From positions 1-60,968 of the IMG/VR virus record IMGVR_UViG_3300025886_000021: a stretch of DNA of 60,968 nucleotides, one strand, 5' to 3'. The notes beneath the pieces are model-generated. The model worked only from the letters and a program-made list of their open reading frames with translations, had not been told where the DNA came from and made no database searches. This DNA comes from a virus (taxonomy: Duplodnaviria; Caudoviricetes). Position 1 is the stretch's first letter; every line of letters begins with the position of its first letter. Positions 19,020 to 28,989 of this stretch are shown here, piece after piece. Position numbers and translations under genes: made by a program.

Positions 19020-21482
19020 TTACCTTGCGTATTTTAACACTCCTAGTATCTGATTTACTGGAGCAAATGAACCAGTTAGCTTGTATGTGTTACCACCATA
19101 TGTAAATACTATGCCTTCAATTGGCACTATAGTATCAAAGCCACCCATTCGTTCAATTTTCTTTAATTGTGTTTCTAATTTTTTAAGTGTGTCAGGATTA
19201 TCTGATGTTTGCAAATCTTTAACCAATGACATTAAATCTGATTTAATTTGTTTAACTGCTTTTTTGGGACTTGCTGCTAAATAGTTTGTTATGTTTTTTA
19301 ACACTACCGCGCCAAGTTTTAAAAATATGGATTCAAATGGTTCTATATTTTGTTTTTGGTATGACTTGAAATCTTTTTTATCAAATGCAGATACCCATTC
19401 AGAAAATGATTCATTGTCTATCATTTTAACAACATTGTTTATTCTGGTAGACTTATCATTGAATGCCCAACGGTTAGTTAGTATTTCTAAAACCTCTTGC
19501 GGTATAGCATAATCCAATTGATATGCCTTTTCACGTACTACGTCTTTCCACCATGCTCTATGATATTCAGATACTTGATCCGTTTCTTTTAATCCGAATT
19601 GATTTTGTAATCCGTCTATTTCAGCAAAGAATGCCGATTGTTGATCTTCAAAATCTTCTATTCGTCCCATTTTTAATTTGTTAGGAGGAATAAATGAAAA
19701 TGTATTTTGCATATGAGCATTTGCATCTTGTATTACTTGTTGAAGCATAGTGCCTCCGGTAACATCAGTTTCAACTACTCTTCCATTTTCATCGTATTCT
19801 ACTAAATTGTGAAATTGAAGAACTGCTTGTTCATATGCAATAACATTGGTTGTAGCAGGATATATAATTTCCATGTTTGCAAATACACGACCGTTTTTAA
19901 ATATGCGTTGCAATGTTTCGGGAGATAATTTGCTTAAAGCGGCCGTTAAATCTTCTGTAGTAGCTTGAAATGCGTCAACTACTAATTTATAACCAGCTGC
20001 ACCTTCTTTACCATTTGCATCAATTGATTTCTGATATTTTACTTGAAATTCTGCATTTAATTCGTCGGGAGTTAATGGTTGTTTTCTAGTTTTTATTCCT
20101 CGTGCAAAGCCTGGCCGGCCGTTCTTCCAAGTTACTTGAATGTTTTGTCCGTCTGTCTTTTCAGTAACAGCTTCTTCAATATCGAGTCGACCTTCCAATG
20201 CTCTAGATACTATTTCTTTCATGTCATTGAAAGTTAAGCCGTGAGAGTCATAAGGATGATTCATGTGGCCTGCTGCACCGCCCTCTGTTATCAAAGATTC
20301 TATTGTGTATATTTTATCTTGCGGATTATTTGATCTCCATGGTCGTCGTTGCGACTTAACTGTTCTAGGAATCAATTTAATTTGTCCTAAACTTTGATCG
20401 AAGTGTAATTGAAATGGCATATGAATAGGAACGTCAAATTGATAATCTGATGTTACTGCTGATGGATTACCTTTCATTACTTGTTGAACTATTTCTTCTC
20501 CGTATTCTGATGATAAATCTAAAAATAAATTTTCTAAATCGTCTAATGTAATTGTTCCTTCATTTCTAGGATCATTTAATCTATCCATAAAATGTGTTGC
20601 ATAGCCTTGAAAATCTACATCTATACCATAACGTTTAAAAAATCTGTCTACGGTTGGTTCTATAGATTTTAATTCATCGCGCGTAATATAATTTTCATAT
20701 AATGGTGCACCAAATACAGTTTTACCAAATTTATTAAAATTATATGTAAATTCTTCGCCTCGACTACGATCTAAATATTTTCTTAGTTTTTTTATTTTCT
20801 TGTCGTGAGCTTTAGCCATTTTTGGAGTTTGGTATCCTTCTACAACTTCATCGACATCTTCTGCCAATTGTTTACCCCACCAATCTTTGCTAAATAAAGA
20901 CTCTTGCATTCCTTTGAGCATTTGCCATATGTTTTTTATTATGGCTTCTCTAGCTCCAGGATATGATGATGCAAATGTTTCATAGTCATCATTAGCTATT
21001 GCTTGACGAACTGTGCTGGCTGATATTGGCTCGCCTCCTCCATATGCTAATGGATCTACATTTATTTCTAATGGATTGACTTCAACACCATTGGCAATTG
21101 TTCTGCCTTTTTTATCACCAACCGTTTTATACTTTTCCACGTTGCTACCAAAACTTAAAGTTCGGGCATAATCATCTCCTTTTTGAGAAGCTGCCATGGC
21201 ATATGTTCCTTGGTGATCTGGTGGTAATGCAAAAAGATATTCATATGCGGCCATTATTGGACTATTAAAATCTGTGGACTGTATGTATATATTTGAATTG
21301 TTGTTGAGTAGTTTGAATATTTCAATGCTATCTTCACGACTTACACCGTCTCGTTCTTTTGGACCGATAAGCATGATTACACGTTCTACATTAGAAGAAT
21401 TTGCATAGCGTTGTGCTAATGCTAAATGGGCACCTGTTAATGGTTTAAACCCGCCTGGAAAAAGTACTGTAGTTTCGTTCAT
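19020..21482 (-). CDS. Multidomain protein: HIGH-type nucleotidyltransferase (cytidylyltransferase-like) plus two further domains
   Basis: PGGFKPLTGAH and ISASTVR motifs; middle HFMDRLNDPRN domain; C-terminal GGAAGHMNHP...TEKTDG...EGIVF...YKLTG. Confidence 0.7.
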   Translation of the reverse strand: MNETTVLFPGGFKPLTGAHLALAQRYANSSNVERVIMLIGPKERDGVSREDSIEIFKLLNNNSNIYIQSTDFNSPIMAAYEYLFALPPDHQGTYAMAASQKGDDYARTLSFGSNVEKYKTVGDKKGRTIANGVEVNPLEINVDPLAYGGGEPISASTVRQAIANDDYETFASSYPGAREAIIKNIWQMLKGMQESLFSKDWWGKQLAEDVDEVVEGYQTPKMAKAHDKKIKKLRKYLDRSRGEEFTYNFNKFGKTVFGAPLYENYITRDELKSIEPTVDRFFKRYGIDVDFQGYATHFMDRLNDPRNEGTITLDDLENLFLDLSSEYGEEIVQQVMKGNPSAVTSDYQFDVPIHMPFQLHFDQSLGQIKLIPRTVKSQRRPWRSNNPQDKIYTIESLITEGGAAGHMNHPYDSHGLTFNDMKEIVSRALEGRLDIEEAVTEKTDGQNIQVTWKNGRPGFARGIKTRKQPLTPDELNAEFQVKYQKSIDANGKEGAAGYKLVVDAFQATTEDLTAALSKLSPETLQRIFKNGRVFANMEIIYPATTNVIAYEQAVLQFHNLVEYDENGRVVETDVTGGTMLQQVIQDANAHMQNTFSFIPPNKLKMGRIEDFEDQQSAFFAEIDGLQNQFGLKETDQVSEYHRAWWKDVVREKAYQLDYAIPQEVLEILTNRWAFNDKSTRINNVVKMIDNESFSEWVSAFDKKDFKSYQKQNIEPFESIFLKLGAVVLKNITNYLAASPKKAVKQIKSDLMSLVKDLQTSDNPDTLKKLETQLKKIERMGGFDTIVPIEGIVFTYGGNTYKLTGSFAPVNQILGVLKYAR

Positions 21483-21506
21483 TTTATATAAATATGTTTA
21501 ATTAAA

Positions 21507-24221
21507 TTATCCTGGTGGTAGTGGTGCTAAAGGTGGCGTTGTTGCTCCACCAACTGTTCTACTTGTTCTAAATACAAAATTTTTCATTTTTAATAATGAA
21601 TCTAGGTGTCCTGCGCCTGGATGTTGTGCTATTAAAAAAACTTTAACAAATGTACCTTGAAAATTATCTAAATTATTTCCTGAAACGAGTTCAGTAGTAC
21701 GACCAGTCGATCCTGTATCTCCAGCACCAATTACTGATAATAATGTTGTAGTACTTAATAAAGTAGAATTACTCCAAGAATCGTAATGATCTGCAGTATC
21801 ATCTGATATTGATGATGTATAGCTAGCAGATTGTATATATACAGCTGTTTGTAAACTTTTATTTGACCCAGCTGAGTTCCTAAATTCAAGCATACATGAT
21901 AATTGCATTCTTGTTTCTCCAGGTAGTATAAACGTTTCAAATACCGATGCCGTTACTGGAGTTCCTCCACTTGTTCCAATATTTCCGGTATGTGTAAATT
22001 CATCTCTATCAAAATAAACTACTCGGCCTATATTTTTTCCATCTACAAATTCATTGTTACTATCAAATAATGTGTTTCCTCCTTGCTGAGCGATAAAACT
22101 AGATGCAGTAACATCTCCTTCTGGTGTTAAATGAAATCCACTTGCAGATATTTCTATGTTGCTATCACTACCACTTATAAACGCAGTATTTGGATCACCT
22201 AGAAAGAAATTTTGTGTTGCTATATATATTTCATCGTCGGCAGTAGAATATCTAAAATAACTACTGTTGTCTAAATATAATTCTAAACCAACGCCACTAT
22301 ATGCAACTCCGCCTTTTGTTCCTGCACTTCCTTGTAACGCACTACCACTCCAAAGAAGAAATCCAGGGTATCCTGCAGCAAATCCGTCATACCCTAACGA
22401 TCTAACAAACCCTGTTCCTGCATTACCTGTTATAGCTACTCCACTATTCAATGAATCTGCTACATATAAAGATCCAGTAAGCATTGAAAAATCACCGTCA
22501 ACATAACGATTACCACCTTCCCAATCTTTGTCATATACATATGTTATTTGTTTACTAGCAACTCCGTCTACATTATAATATTCTACTTTAAAAGATATTT
22601 GATTGTCTATTTTATGTGTAGTTTCTACAAATGTTTTTATTCTAGTATAATTAGGAGTATAGCCAACATCATTATCTGTTGTTACGTGCGCATCTGCTAA
22701 TTGCCATTGTCCAGATTCTATTACAAATATTATGCTACCATGACCAGTTCCATCAGCATTAAAACTAAATGTTTTATTGTCAAATACTTGGGACTCCCCA
22801 TTCATTCGTATTTCACCAACACGTTTTCCTAACTGTTTTGGTAAATCTTGATTGAATAAATCAGTAGTGTCACCGTCAAAAGCACTTCCGGACATATATA
22901 CCGCTATAACTGGGTCTGCAAAATTGTCTGCAGATTGTTTTATTCCATATGCATCAAATGTAACTTTATATGCCGAGTCTTTAATAAATACTCCTTTATA
23001 TGCATCTTTATTTTGAAATGTTACAACATAATTATTTGGAGTAATATCTACACCACTAACAATTTTTACAGCGGCATCTAATTCTGTTACTTGTGAACTA
23101 GTTGTAGGAGTTGTTGTTTCCGTTGCCCCAGTATACACATGACCTTCCCAATATGTGTCGATTGTAGTTTGAGATTTTAATTCTCCTATACTAATGTCTG
23201 GTAACAAAGAAGATGTGCTAGGAACAAGTATTTCTGTTTCTTCTAATTCTACATCATTAACTAATTCCCAAGTACCAACTGTGCCTTTATTATTTGTATA
23301 AACTTTTGTTCGACTAACATCACCTGTTGCTGGTTCTAATCCTTCAAGTTGAATATATGCAAATGATTGTGAGTTTTCTGTTTCAACATATGTTGGAGTA
23401 GCTTCATATGTTAATGAAAATGAACTATTTTTGAATTCTGAGTATATATGTGGAAATATACTTTCGCTACTATACACCGTATACTCTTTGTCTAATAAAG
23501 CTGTAGTTGGAGTTAATATCTTTTTAATCGTCGACACGTAAGGTGTGGTAACAACCGGATACGCAGGTGTAGGCGTAGGATTTACTGGAGATGAAACAGT
23601 AATGGTTCCTGTATTCATGTCGGTAATAAATGTACCGCCGGTTAATTCCGCAACTGGTTGTCCGTTTAAGGATGTAAAATTAACTGTACCGGTACTATAT
23701 ACAGGAAACTGAGTAGTAGCATATTGTCTATCTAATTGAACTCCTATCTGTTCAGATATAGTAACTGTTGGTAATGTTTCAAATATTATTTCCGAATTAT
23801 TAGAAACCATTGGATTAATTGGAACTGTTCTTGTCCATTTAACATTTGCTTTACCTTGCCATTCAATTGGCGCAGGTACATCTTGTATTACAGATGCTTC
23901 GGCAATCAATGTAATAGTACAATCTCCTGGAGATGTATCTTCGTATATATAAATTGCAATTACTCGACTTTCATCTTCGTCTATATAATCTACAACTTCA
24001 GTATATATAGTATCTCCATTATAATCTAAAACCTCAATATTTAATATACCGCCGGTAGTTAAATTTGTAGGATGACCTCGTAGTTTAAAAAGATTTTTTC
24101 CAGCTGTAAGTCGTAATGGAAATTCTGATATCTGAAAATAGTCTGGAGATGTTAATGTTTTATCTATATAAAAAACTGGAATAAATTCTAAACCTTTATA
24201 GACTGCTTCTTTTCGTTCCAT
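21507..24221 (-). CDS. Large virion structural protein (tail/baseplate-associated)
   Basis: 904 aa, beta-rich T/S/G composition, LTAGKNLFKLRG N-terminus, SGS/TAS motifs, promoter motif at 24240-24247. Confidence 0.6.
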   Translation of the reverse strand: MERKEAVYKGLEFIPVFYIDKTLTSPDYFQISEFPLRLTAGKNLFKLRGHPTNLTTGGILNIEVLDYNGDTIYTEVVDYIDEDESRVIAIYIYEDTSPGDCTITLIAEASVIQDVPAPIEWQGKANVKWTRTVPINPMVSNNSEIIFETLPTVTISEQIGVQLDRQYATTQFPVYSTGTVNFTSLNGQPVAELTGGTFITDMNTGTITVSSPVNPTPTPAYPVVTTPYVSTIKKILTPTTALLDKEYTVYSSESIFPHIYSEFKNSSFSLTYEATPTYVETENSQSFAYIQLEGLEPATGDVSRTKVYTNNKGTVGTWELVNDVELEETEILVPSTSSLLPDISIGELKSQTTIDTYWEGHVYTGATETTTPTTSSQVTELDAAVKIVSGVDITPNNYVVTFQNKDAYKGVFIKDSAYKVTFDAYGIKQSADNFADPVIAVYMSGSAFDGDTTDLFNQDLPKQLGKRVGEIRMNGESQVFDNKTFSFNADGTGHGSIIFVIESGQWQLADAHVTTDNDVGYTPNYTRIKTFVETTHKIDNQISFKVEYYNVDGVASKQITYVYDKDWEGGNRYVDGDFSMLTGSLYVADSLNSGVAITGNAGTGFVRSLGYDGFAAGYPGFLLWSGSALQGSAGTKGGVAYSGVGLELYLDNSSYFRYSTADDEIYIATQNFFLGDPNTAFISGSDSNIEISASGFHLTPEGDVTASSFIAQQGGNTLFDSNNEFVDGKNIGRVVYFDRDEFTHTGNIGTSGGTPVTASVFETFILPGETRMQLSCMLEFRNSAGSNKSLQTAVYIQSASYTSSISDDTADHYDSWSNSTLLSTTTLLSVIGAGDTGSTGRTTELVSGNNLDNFQGTFVKVFLIAQHPGAGHLDSLLKMKNFVFRTSRTVGGATTPPLAPLPPG

Positions 24222-24247
24222 GGATATATATACTTTTTATATAAATA

Positions 24248-27200
24248 TCAAACATGAAGAATCTGGCTGTATCCGTCAGTTTTATTTACTTCTATTAAAT
24301 TGTCTACCATATCTCGCATAGTATCTACGTGTGATATAATAATTGAAAAATCAAATTTAGTTCGAAAATAATCAAATAGATTTGCAACGGCAGAAATATG
24401 TTCAGCATCTAAACTACCCCAGCCTTCATCTATTGCAATAAAATTAGGGCGAGGCAAAGCAGAAACATTGATAAGTGCTATTCGTATTGCTAAACTAGAT
24501 ATAAATCTTTCCATACCACTCGTTAATTCTAACGGCCAATAATTGTCTTGATCATATATAATATATCCGTTAATATTTTTACCATCAGTATTCATAACCA
24601 TGTTAAAATCTACTACTTGATTTAAAACATTGTTTATTTCTGATTCTATTTTAGGAATTGCCTTTGATATTAATTCATATGGGATACCATCTCGCTTAAC
24701 TGATTTTAAATAATATTCATATGCTTTATATTCTGTTTCTAATTGCTGATATGTTTCCAATTGCTCAAGTGCTGTTTTCTTTTTTGTTTTAGCAACTTGT
24801 ATTTCACCATGATTAGTTTTAATTTGATCTTGAAGTGTTTTTATCTGGCCGGTAATTGTATCAATTTTACCTTTACATTCACTAATAGTTGTATCTACAC
24901 TTTTATTCCAAACTATCGCAGATTCATTTCTTTTAAATGAGTCTTGCCGTTCTATGTTATTTTCTAATTCTGTTTCTTTAGTTTGAAGATCATTTTCATG
25001 GATTTGAAGTTGTAGTTCATATATTTCAATTTTATTTTTATATGTGTCAATATTACTATTTGATTGATTATATTCATCAAGGCGCGTTCGATATACAGTT
25101 AAACTATTATATATAATATTATTTAATTCAATATTATCTTGAATATCTGTTAATACTTTTCTATCTTGGTCAATATCGTTCTTGGCTTGAATTGCATCTT
25201 GCACGAAAACGTTAGACACACAGTATTCACAATTTGGGTCATATTTGTGCGTTTCAAGATGTTCAATTTTTGTTTGCTTATCATTTACTATTCTTTGTTG
25301 TTTTTTTAGTTCTTCTCGTAAACCGTCAATTTTAAATTCAGTATCTGTTAATTGTTTGTCTTTGTCTTTTAAGTCGTCGACATTGTAATTTTGTACATTT
25401 AACGCATTTTCAATGATATCAATTTTACGTTGATTATTTGAAATTGTTTGTTCTGTTTCTTCAATTGTTTGCTGAAGTTCTTCTATTTTTTCAGTTAAAT
25501 CAGTTTCAGCTTTCTGTAATGTTTTAATGTCATCACCGTCGTAACTCGTAGGCTTTTTTGTTTCAATTAATTGTACTATAGAATCTTGCAATTTGTTTCT
25601 TTTATCTTGTTTATCCGATTCTTTTTTATTAGTATCAGTAATTAATTTTTCATTATTTTTTATAATAGCATCTGTAGATGTTATTGTTTCTGCAAAATCA
25701 GTTTTCTTAAATGCTTTAAGGCGTCCTGATGTCTCTTTTATTTCATCTGTTGCTAAATGATAAAGTTGTTCAAATACAGTAATATCTAAAAATTGAGATA
25801 ACAAGTCTTTTCGTTCTCGTTGTGATTTTTCTATAAAATTATTATTATCTGCTTGTAAAGAAAATGCAGTTAAAATAAAATCATTATATGTTCCTAAATA
25901 ACGACGTATACTTTTATTTGTATCACTTCGTTCATCGCCATTTAAATTTTCTGTTTCAGTATAAAAGTTAACATCGACCTTTACATGTTTATCTTTCTTT
26001 TTTGTTCCAACACGTTCAATTGTATAAAGAACATCATTCATTTTAAATTTAAACACTCCGCGGAATCCAGATTTTTTATTGTTTAACACTTCATGAGCTT
26101 TGCTTGTTTTACTGCATTTGTCAAATATAGTATATGTTATAGCATCCAATAAACTTGACTTACCGCTTGTATTCGCAGCAAATAAACCACAGACATCACT
26201 CATTTTATTGAAGTCTACATTGTTACCAGAGCCATATGAAAACATGTTGTCAAATTCAAATGATACCGGATGCCATGTTATATGACGAACTGATTCAACT
26301 GCAGGTAGTTTAGAATTGATAGATCGATTAATATGTCTTATTGCATCTAACTCATCTGTAGTTGCTTGTGGAAATTTAGTGTTAATAAAGTCAGTTAACA
26401 GAGTATTTTGATATTCAACGTCTCGAACATTGCCAATCGTAATAGTTCCAGATTCAGTATTGTTTTGTGCGGATATGGTTCGTTGTATGGTAATGTCTTG
26501 AACATTGTATTTTTTACGAATCATGGTAACCAATCGTTTCATGTCTGATGCACTGGTTTCATTGAACTTGATTCTTATTCTAGGCTTGTTAGGCATCCGA
26601 TGTGGTGACTTGACAATTTGAGAGCCTTCTGTTTCTATAGTTACATATCCATAATCATTGTGTATTTCTACAAATTCAGCTTTGCGTGTTTCTACGTCCC
26701 AAACAAGTATTCCATGGTCTAATGCTTCACCGTGATTTTGTTGTATTAAAGATCCAGGGTATGCAATAGTTTCTGTTAAGAATTGAGCTGGTTTATGAAT
26801 GTCACCTAGTAGTGTCATGTCGTGTCCAGAAAACAAGTCAGTAGTAACATGCTCATTGGATATTTCATATCCTATATCTGTTTTAGCAGAATGCACGGCA
26901 CCATGGTGTAATGCAATCTTCAAGTTGTCTGTTACAATGTCTTCGCCTTTTATGTATTGAGCAGGCTCAATATCAACAGCCATATGATTCCAAGTTATTC
27001 CAGCAAAATCAAATATTCCATTATCTTTTATAAAAACAATATTGTCATTAGCAATCATGTCCAATACCGGAGACAATGCATCTTCACGATATAAATTGTT
27101 TAGATTCATGTCATGATTACCAAGAATAACAATTGTAGGAATATTGAATCCTCGAAAGAAATCAGTAAGCATTCTAATTAATTCGGGGGACATGTCCAAT

Positions 27201-27370
27201 TTACTATGAACAATATCTCCAGTAACTACTGCTATACTATTTTCAGTTTTAGTCTTATTAATATATTCAAACATGTTTTCAAATACATGTCGATATTCTT
27301 TGTGTCGTTTCAACGTACGAATATGCACGTCGGATATATGATAAATTTTATCTGCTTTTGTTATTTCCAT
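24248..27370 (-). CDS. Fused recombination nuclease-ATPase (gp47-gp46 / SbcD-SbcC / Mre11-Rad50-like)
   Basis: Phosphoesterase DVH, GD, GNHD and GDIH motifs; Walker A NTSGKSS; coiled coil with CEYC zinc hook; SGMERF signature; IAIDE Walker B; ISH. Confidence 0.92.
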   Translation of the reverse strand: MEITKADKIYHISDVHIRTLKRHKEYRHVFENMFEYINKTKTENSIAVVTGDIVHSKLDMSPELIRMLTDFFRGFNIPTIVILGNHDMNLNNLYREDALSPVLDMIANDNIVFIKDNGIFDFAGITWNHMAVDIEPAQYIKGEDIVTDNLKIALHHGAVHSAKTDIGYEISNEHVTTDLFSGHDMTLLGDIHKPAQFLTETIAYPGSLIQQNHGEALDHGILVWDVETRKAEFVEIHNDYGYVTIETEGSQIVKSPHRMPNKPRIRIKFNETSASDMKRLVTMIRKKYNVQDITIQRTISAQNNTESGTITIGNVRDVEYQNTLLTDFINTKFPQATTDELDAIRHINRSINSKLPAVESVRHITWHPVSFEFDNMFSYGSGNNVDFNKMSDVCGLFAANTSGKSSLLDAITYTIFDKCSKTSKAHEVLNNKKSGFRGVFKFKMNDVLYTIERVGTKKKDKHVKVDVNFYTETENLNGDERSDTNKSIRRYLGTYNDFILTAFSLQADNNNFIEKSQRERKDLLSQFLDITVFEQLYHLATDEIKETSGRLKAFKKTDFAETITSTDAIIKNNEKLITDTNKKESDKQDKRNKLQDSIVQLIETKKPTSYDGDDIKTLQKAETDLTEKIEELQQTIEETEQTISNNQRKIDIIENALNVQNYNVDDLKDKDKQLTDTEFKIDGLREELKKQQRIVNDKQTKIEHLETHKYDPNCEYCVSNVFVQDAIQAKNDIDQDRKVLTDIQDNIELNNIIYNSLTVYRTRLDEYNQSNSNIDTYKNKIEIYELQLQIHENDLQTKETELENNIERQDSFKRNESAIVWNKSVDTTISECKGKIDTITGQIKTLQDQIKTNHGEIQVAKTKKKTALEQLETYQQLETEYKAYEYYLKSVKRDGIPYELISKAIPKIESEINNVLNQVVDFNMVMNTDGKNINGYIIYDQDNYWPLELTSGMERFISSLAIRIALINVSALPRPNFIAIDEGWGSLDAEHISAVANLFDYFRTKFDFSIIISHVDTMRDMVDNLIEVNKTDGYSQILHV

Positions 27371-28305
27371 AAAATACCCATTCGGAGTTGCATTAGTTGT
27401 TCAAATGTCATTACTCTGGTTTGCTCTATAATTTCCGTTATACGATGAAATCCTAAATCGGATGCATCTTTATCTTTTAATTCTATAAAATATACATTTA
27501 ATCCTTCACCCATAAATCGTTCCGCAATACTCAATGCATTGCGAATGGCGTCAGAATCTAAACATATGTAAATGTCTTTGACTCGTTTTTCAATAATCTT
27601 TTTCTGTAATTGAGGTTGTATAATTTTACCAAATAATGGTATTGCATTTCTTTTAATTGCAATTGCATCAAATGCTCCTTCACAAAGTATAATTGGCTCA
27701 GACCAATTAATTGTTAAATCAAATCCTATAATATCTTTGCTTACCTTTGGATTCTTGTGTTTGTATTTATCTGCATTATAAAATGCTCTACTAACAAAAT
27801 AATTCAATTGTCCGTTACAATCATAACTAGGAATAACTATTTTACCATTATATACTCCACGTTCACAATACCCAATTCTATATTTTAAAATATCAAACAT
27901 TGTTACTCCTCGTCGTTTTAAATATGACATAGCATTACGAAAGTCAGGAGTCTTTTTATGTTTCCATAAAGGAACATATTCTTCGGGCAATGATATTGTT
28001 TCTACATGTTTAACTTCACTGTCAAAGTTTTTATATTTTGCTGATTTAATTATGCGAGATAATTGTTCAAAGTATTGTTTACCCAAGTTCATTTGTTTGA
28101 ATAAACTGTTTATACTTCTGCCTTTTTTGTCTGATATCCAACAGTGCCAAGCATTTTGACCTTCACTTGTTGTGTTAATATCTATTTCTAATTTAGGCTT
28201 GTAATGTGAAGTAAATGGGGAGAAAAATGCAACGTTATTACCTGATGTAGATTTACCTTTACCTAGGACAGATTCCAGTAACTGTAGTAATTTAAGATTT
28301 TGCAT
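27361..28305 (-). CDS. DNA primase (DnaG/gp61-like, TOPRIM)
   Basis: YLKRRG, IVIPSY, KHKNP, CEGAFD and CLDSD motifs. Confidence 0.85.
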   Translation of the reverse strand: MQNLKLLQLLESVLGKGKSTSGNNVAFFSPFTSHYKPKLEIDINTTSEGQNAWHCWISDKKGRSINSLFKQMNLGKQYFEQLSRIIKSAKYKNFDSEVKHVETISLPEEYVPLWKHKKTPDFRNAMSYLKRRGVTMFDILKYRIGYCERGVYNGKIVIPSYDCNGQLNYFVSRAFYNADKYKHKNPKVSKDIIGFDLTINWSEPIILCEGAFDAIAIKRNAIPLFGKIIQPQLQKKIIEKRVKDIYICLDSDAIRNALSIAERFMGEGLNVYFIELKDKDASDLGFHRITEIIEQTRVMTFEQLMQLRMGILWK

Positions 28306-28492
28306 ATATTATATAATAAGAAATAACTGTAATTAATCCAATTAATCCAATTAATAATATTATTATAATTAATTATAGTCAGACACATATATTACATATA
28401 TGGTCTAACGATCAATTCAAGTCTGAATCAATCATTTTAAATAATTAACATCATTTTAATGAATATATTATTTTTTTTTCACAAATCAAACC

Positions 28493-28975
28493 TTATACGA
28501 AAAAACGTTTTGGATCTTGTGGTTTTTCGCCTGGTTTCAAACATTCCGCCATCCATTCAACTGGTATTTCTTTTTTTGCTACATTAGAAATACCCATCTT
28601 ATTTGCATATACTTCATATGTAGTTTTACTGGCTTTTGATATTTTTTGATTTGGATTTTGAAACACCATTCTTATATCCATACCAGGATTACATTGCAAT
28701 ACATGTTTCATTTTTTTACGATCCGTAGCTGTCCAACGACCTTTTGTTTCAATATACATCAATTCGCCGTTCTTTTTAGTGAACACAAAATCTGGTGTAT
28801 ATTTATGTTTTGATTCTGGAACGGTATAATGAATAGTTTCAGTTTCATAATTTACATCATAATCGTTTGATTTAATCTGTTCTGCTACAGTTAATTCTAA
28901 TCCTGATTTATAACCGTATTTATAAGCTGCTTGTCTTTTTTTACTACCAGCAGTATGCCAATGATTTTTTTTCAT
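28493..28975 (-). CDS. T7 endonuclease I-like Holliday junction resolvase
   Basis: YKSGLE, YTPDF, IETKGRW, DRKKM and DIRMVFQ motifs. Confidence 0.9.
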   Translation of the reverse strand: MKKNHWHTAGSKKRQAAYKYGYKSGLELTVAEQIKSNDYDVNYETETIHYTVPESKHKYTPDFVFTKKNGELMYIETKGRWTATDRKKMKHVLQCNPGMDIRMVFQNPNQKISKASKTTYEVYANKMGISNVAKKEIPVEWMAECLKPGEKPQDPKRFFV

Positions 28976-28989
28976 ATAACTTTTTTTTA

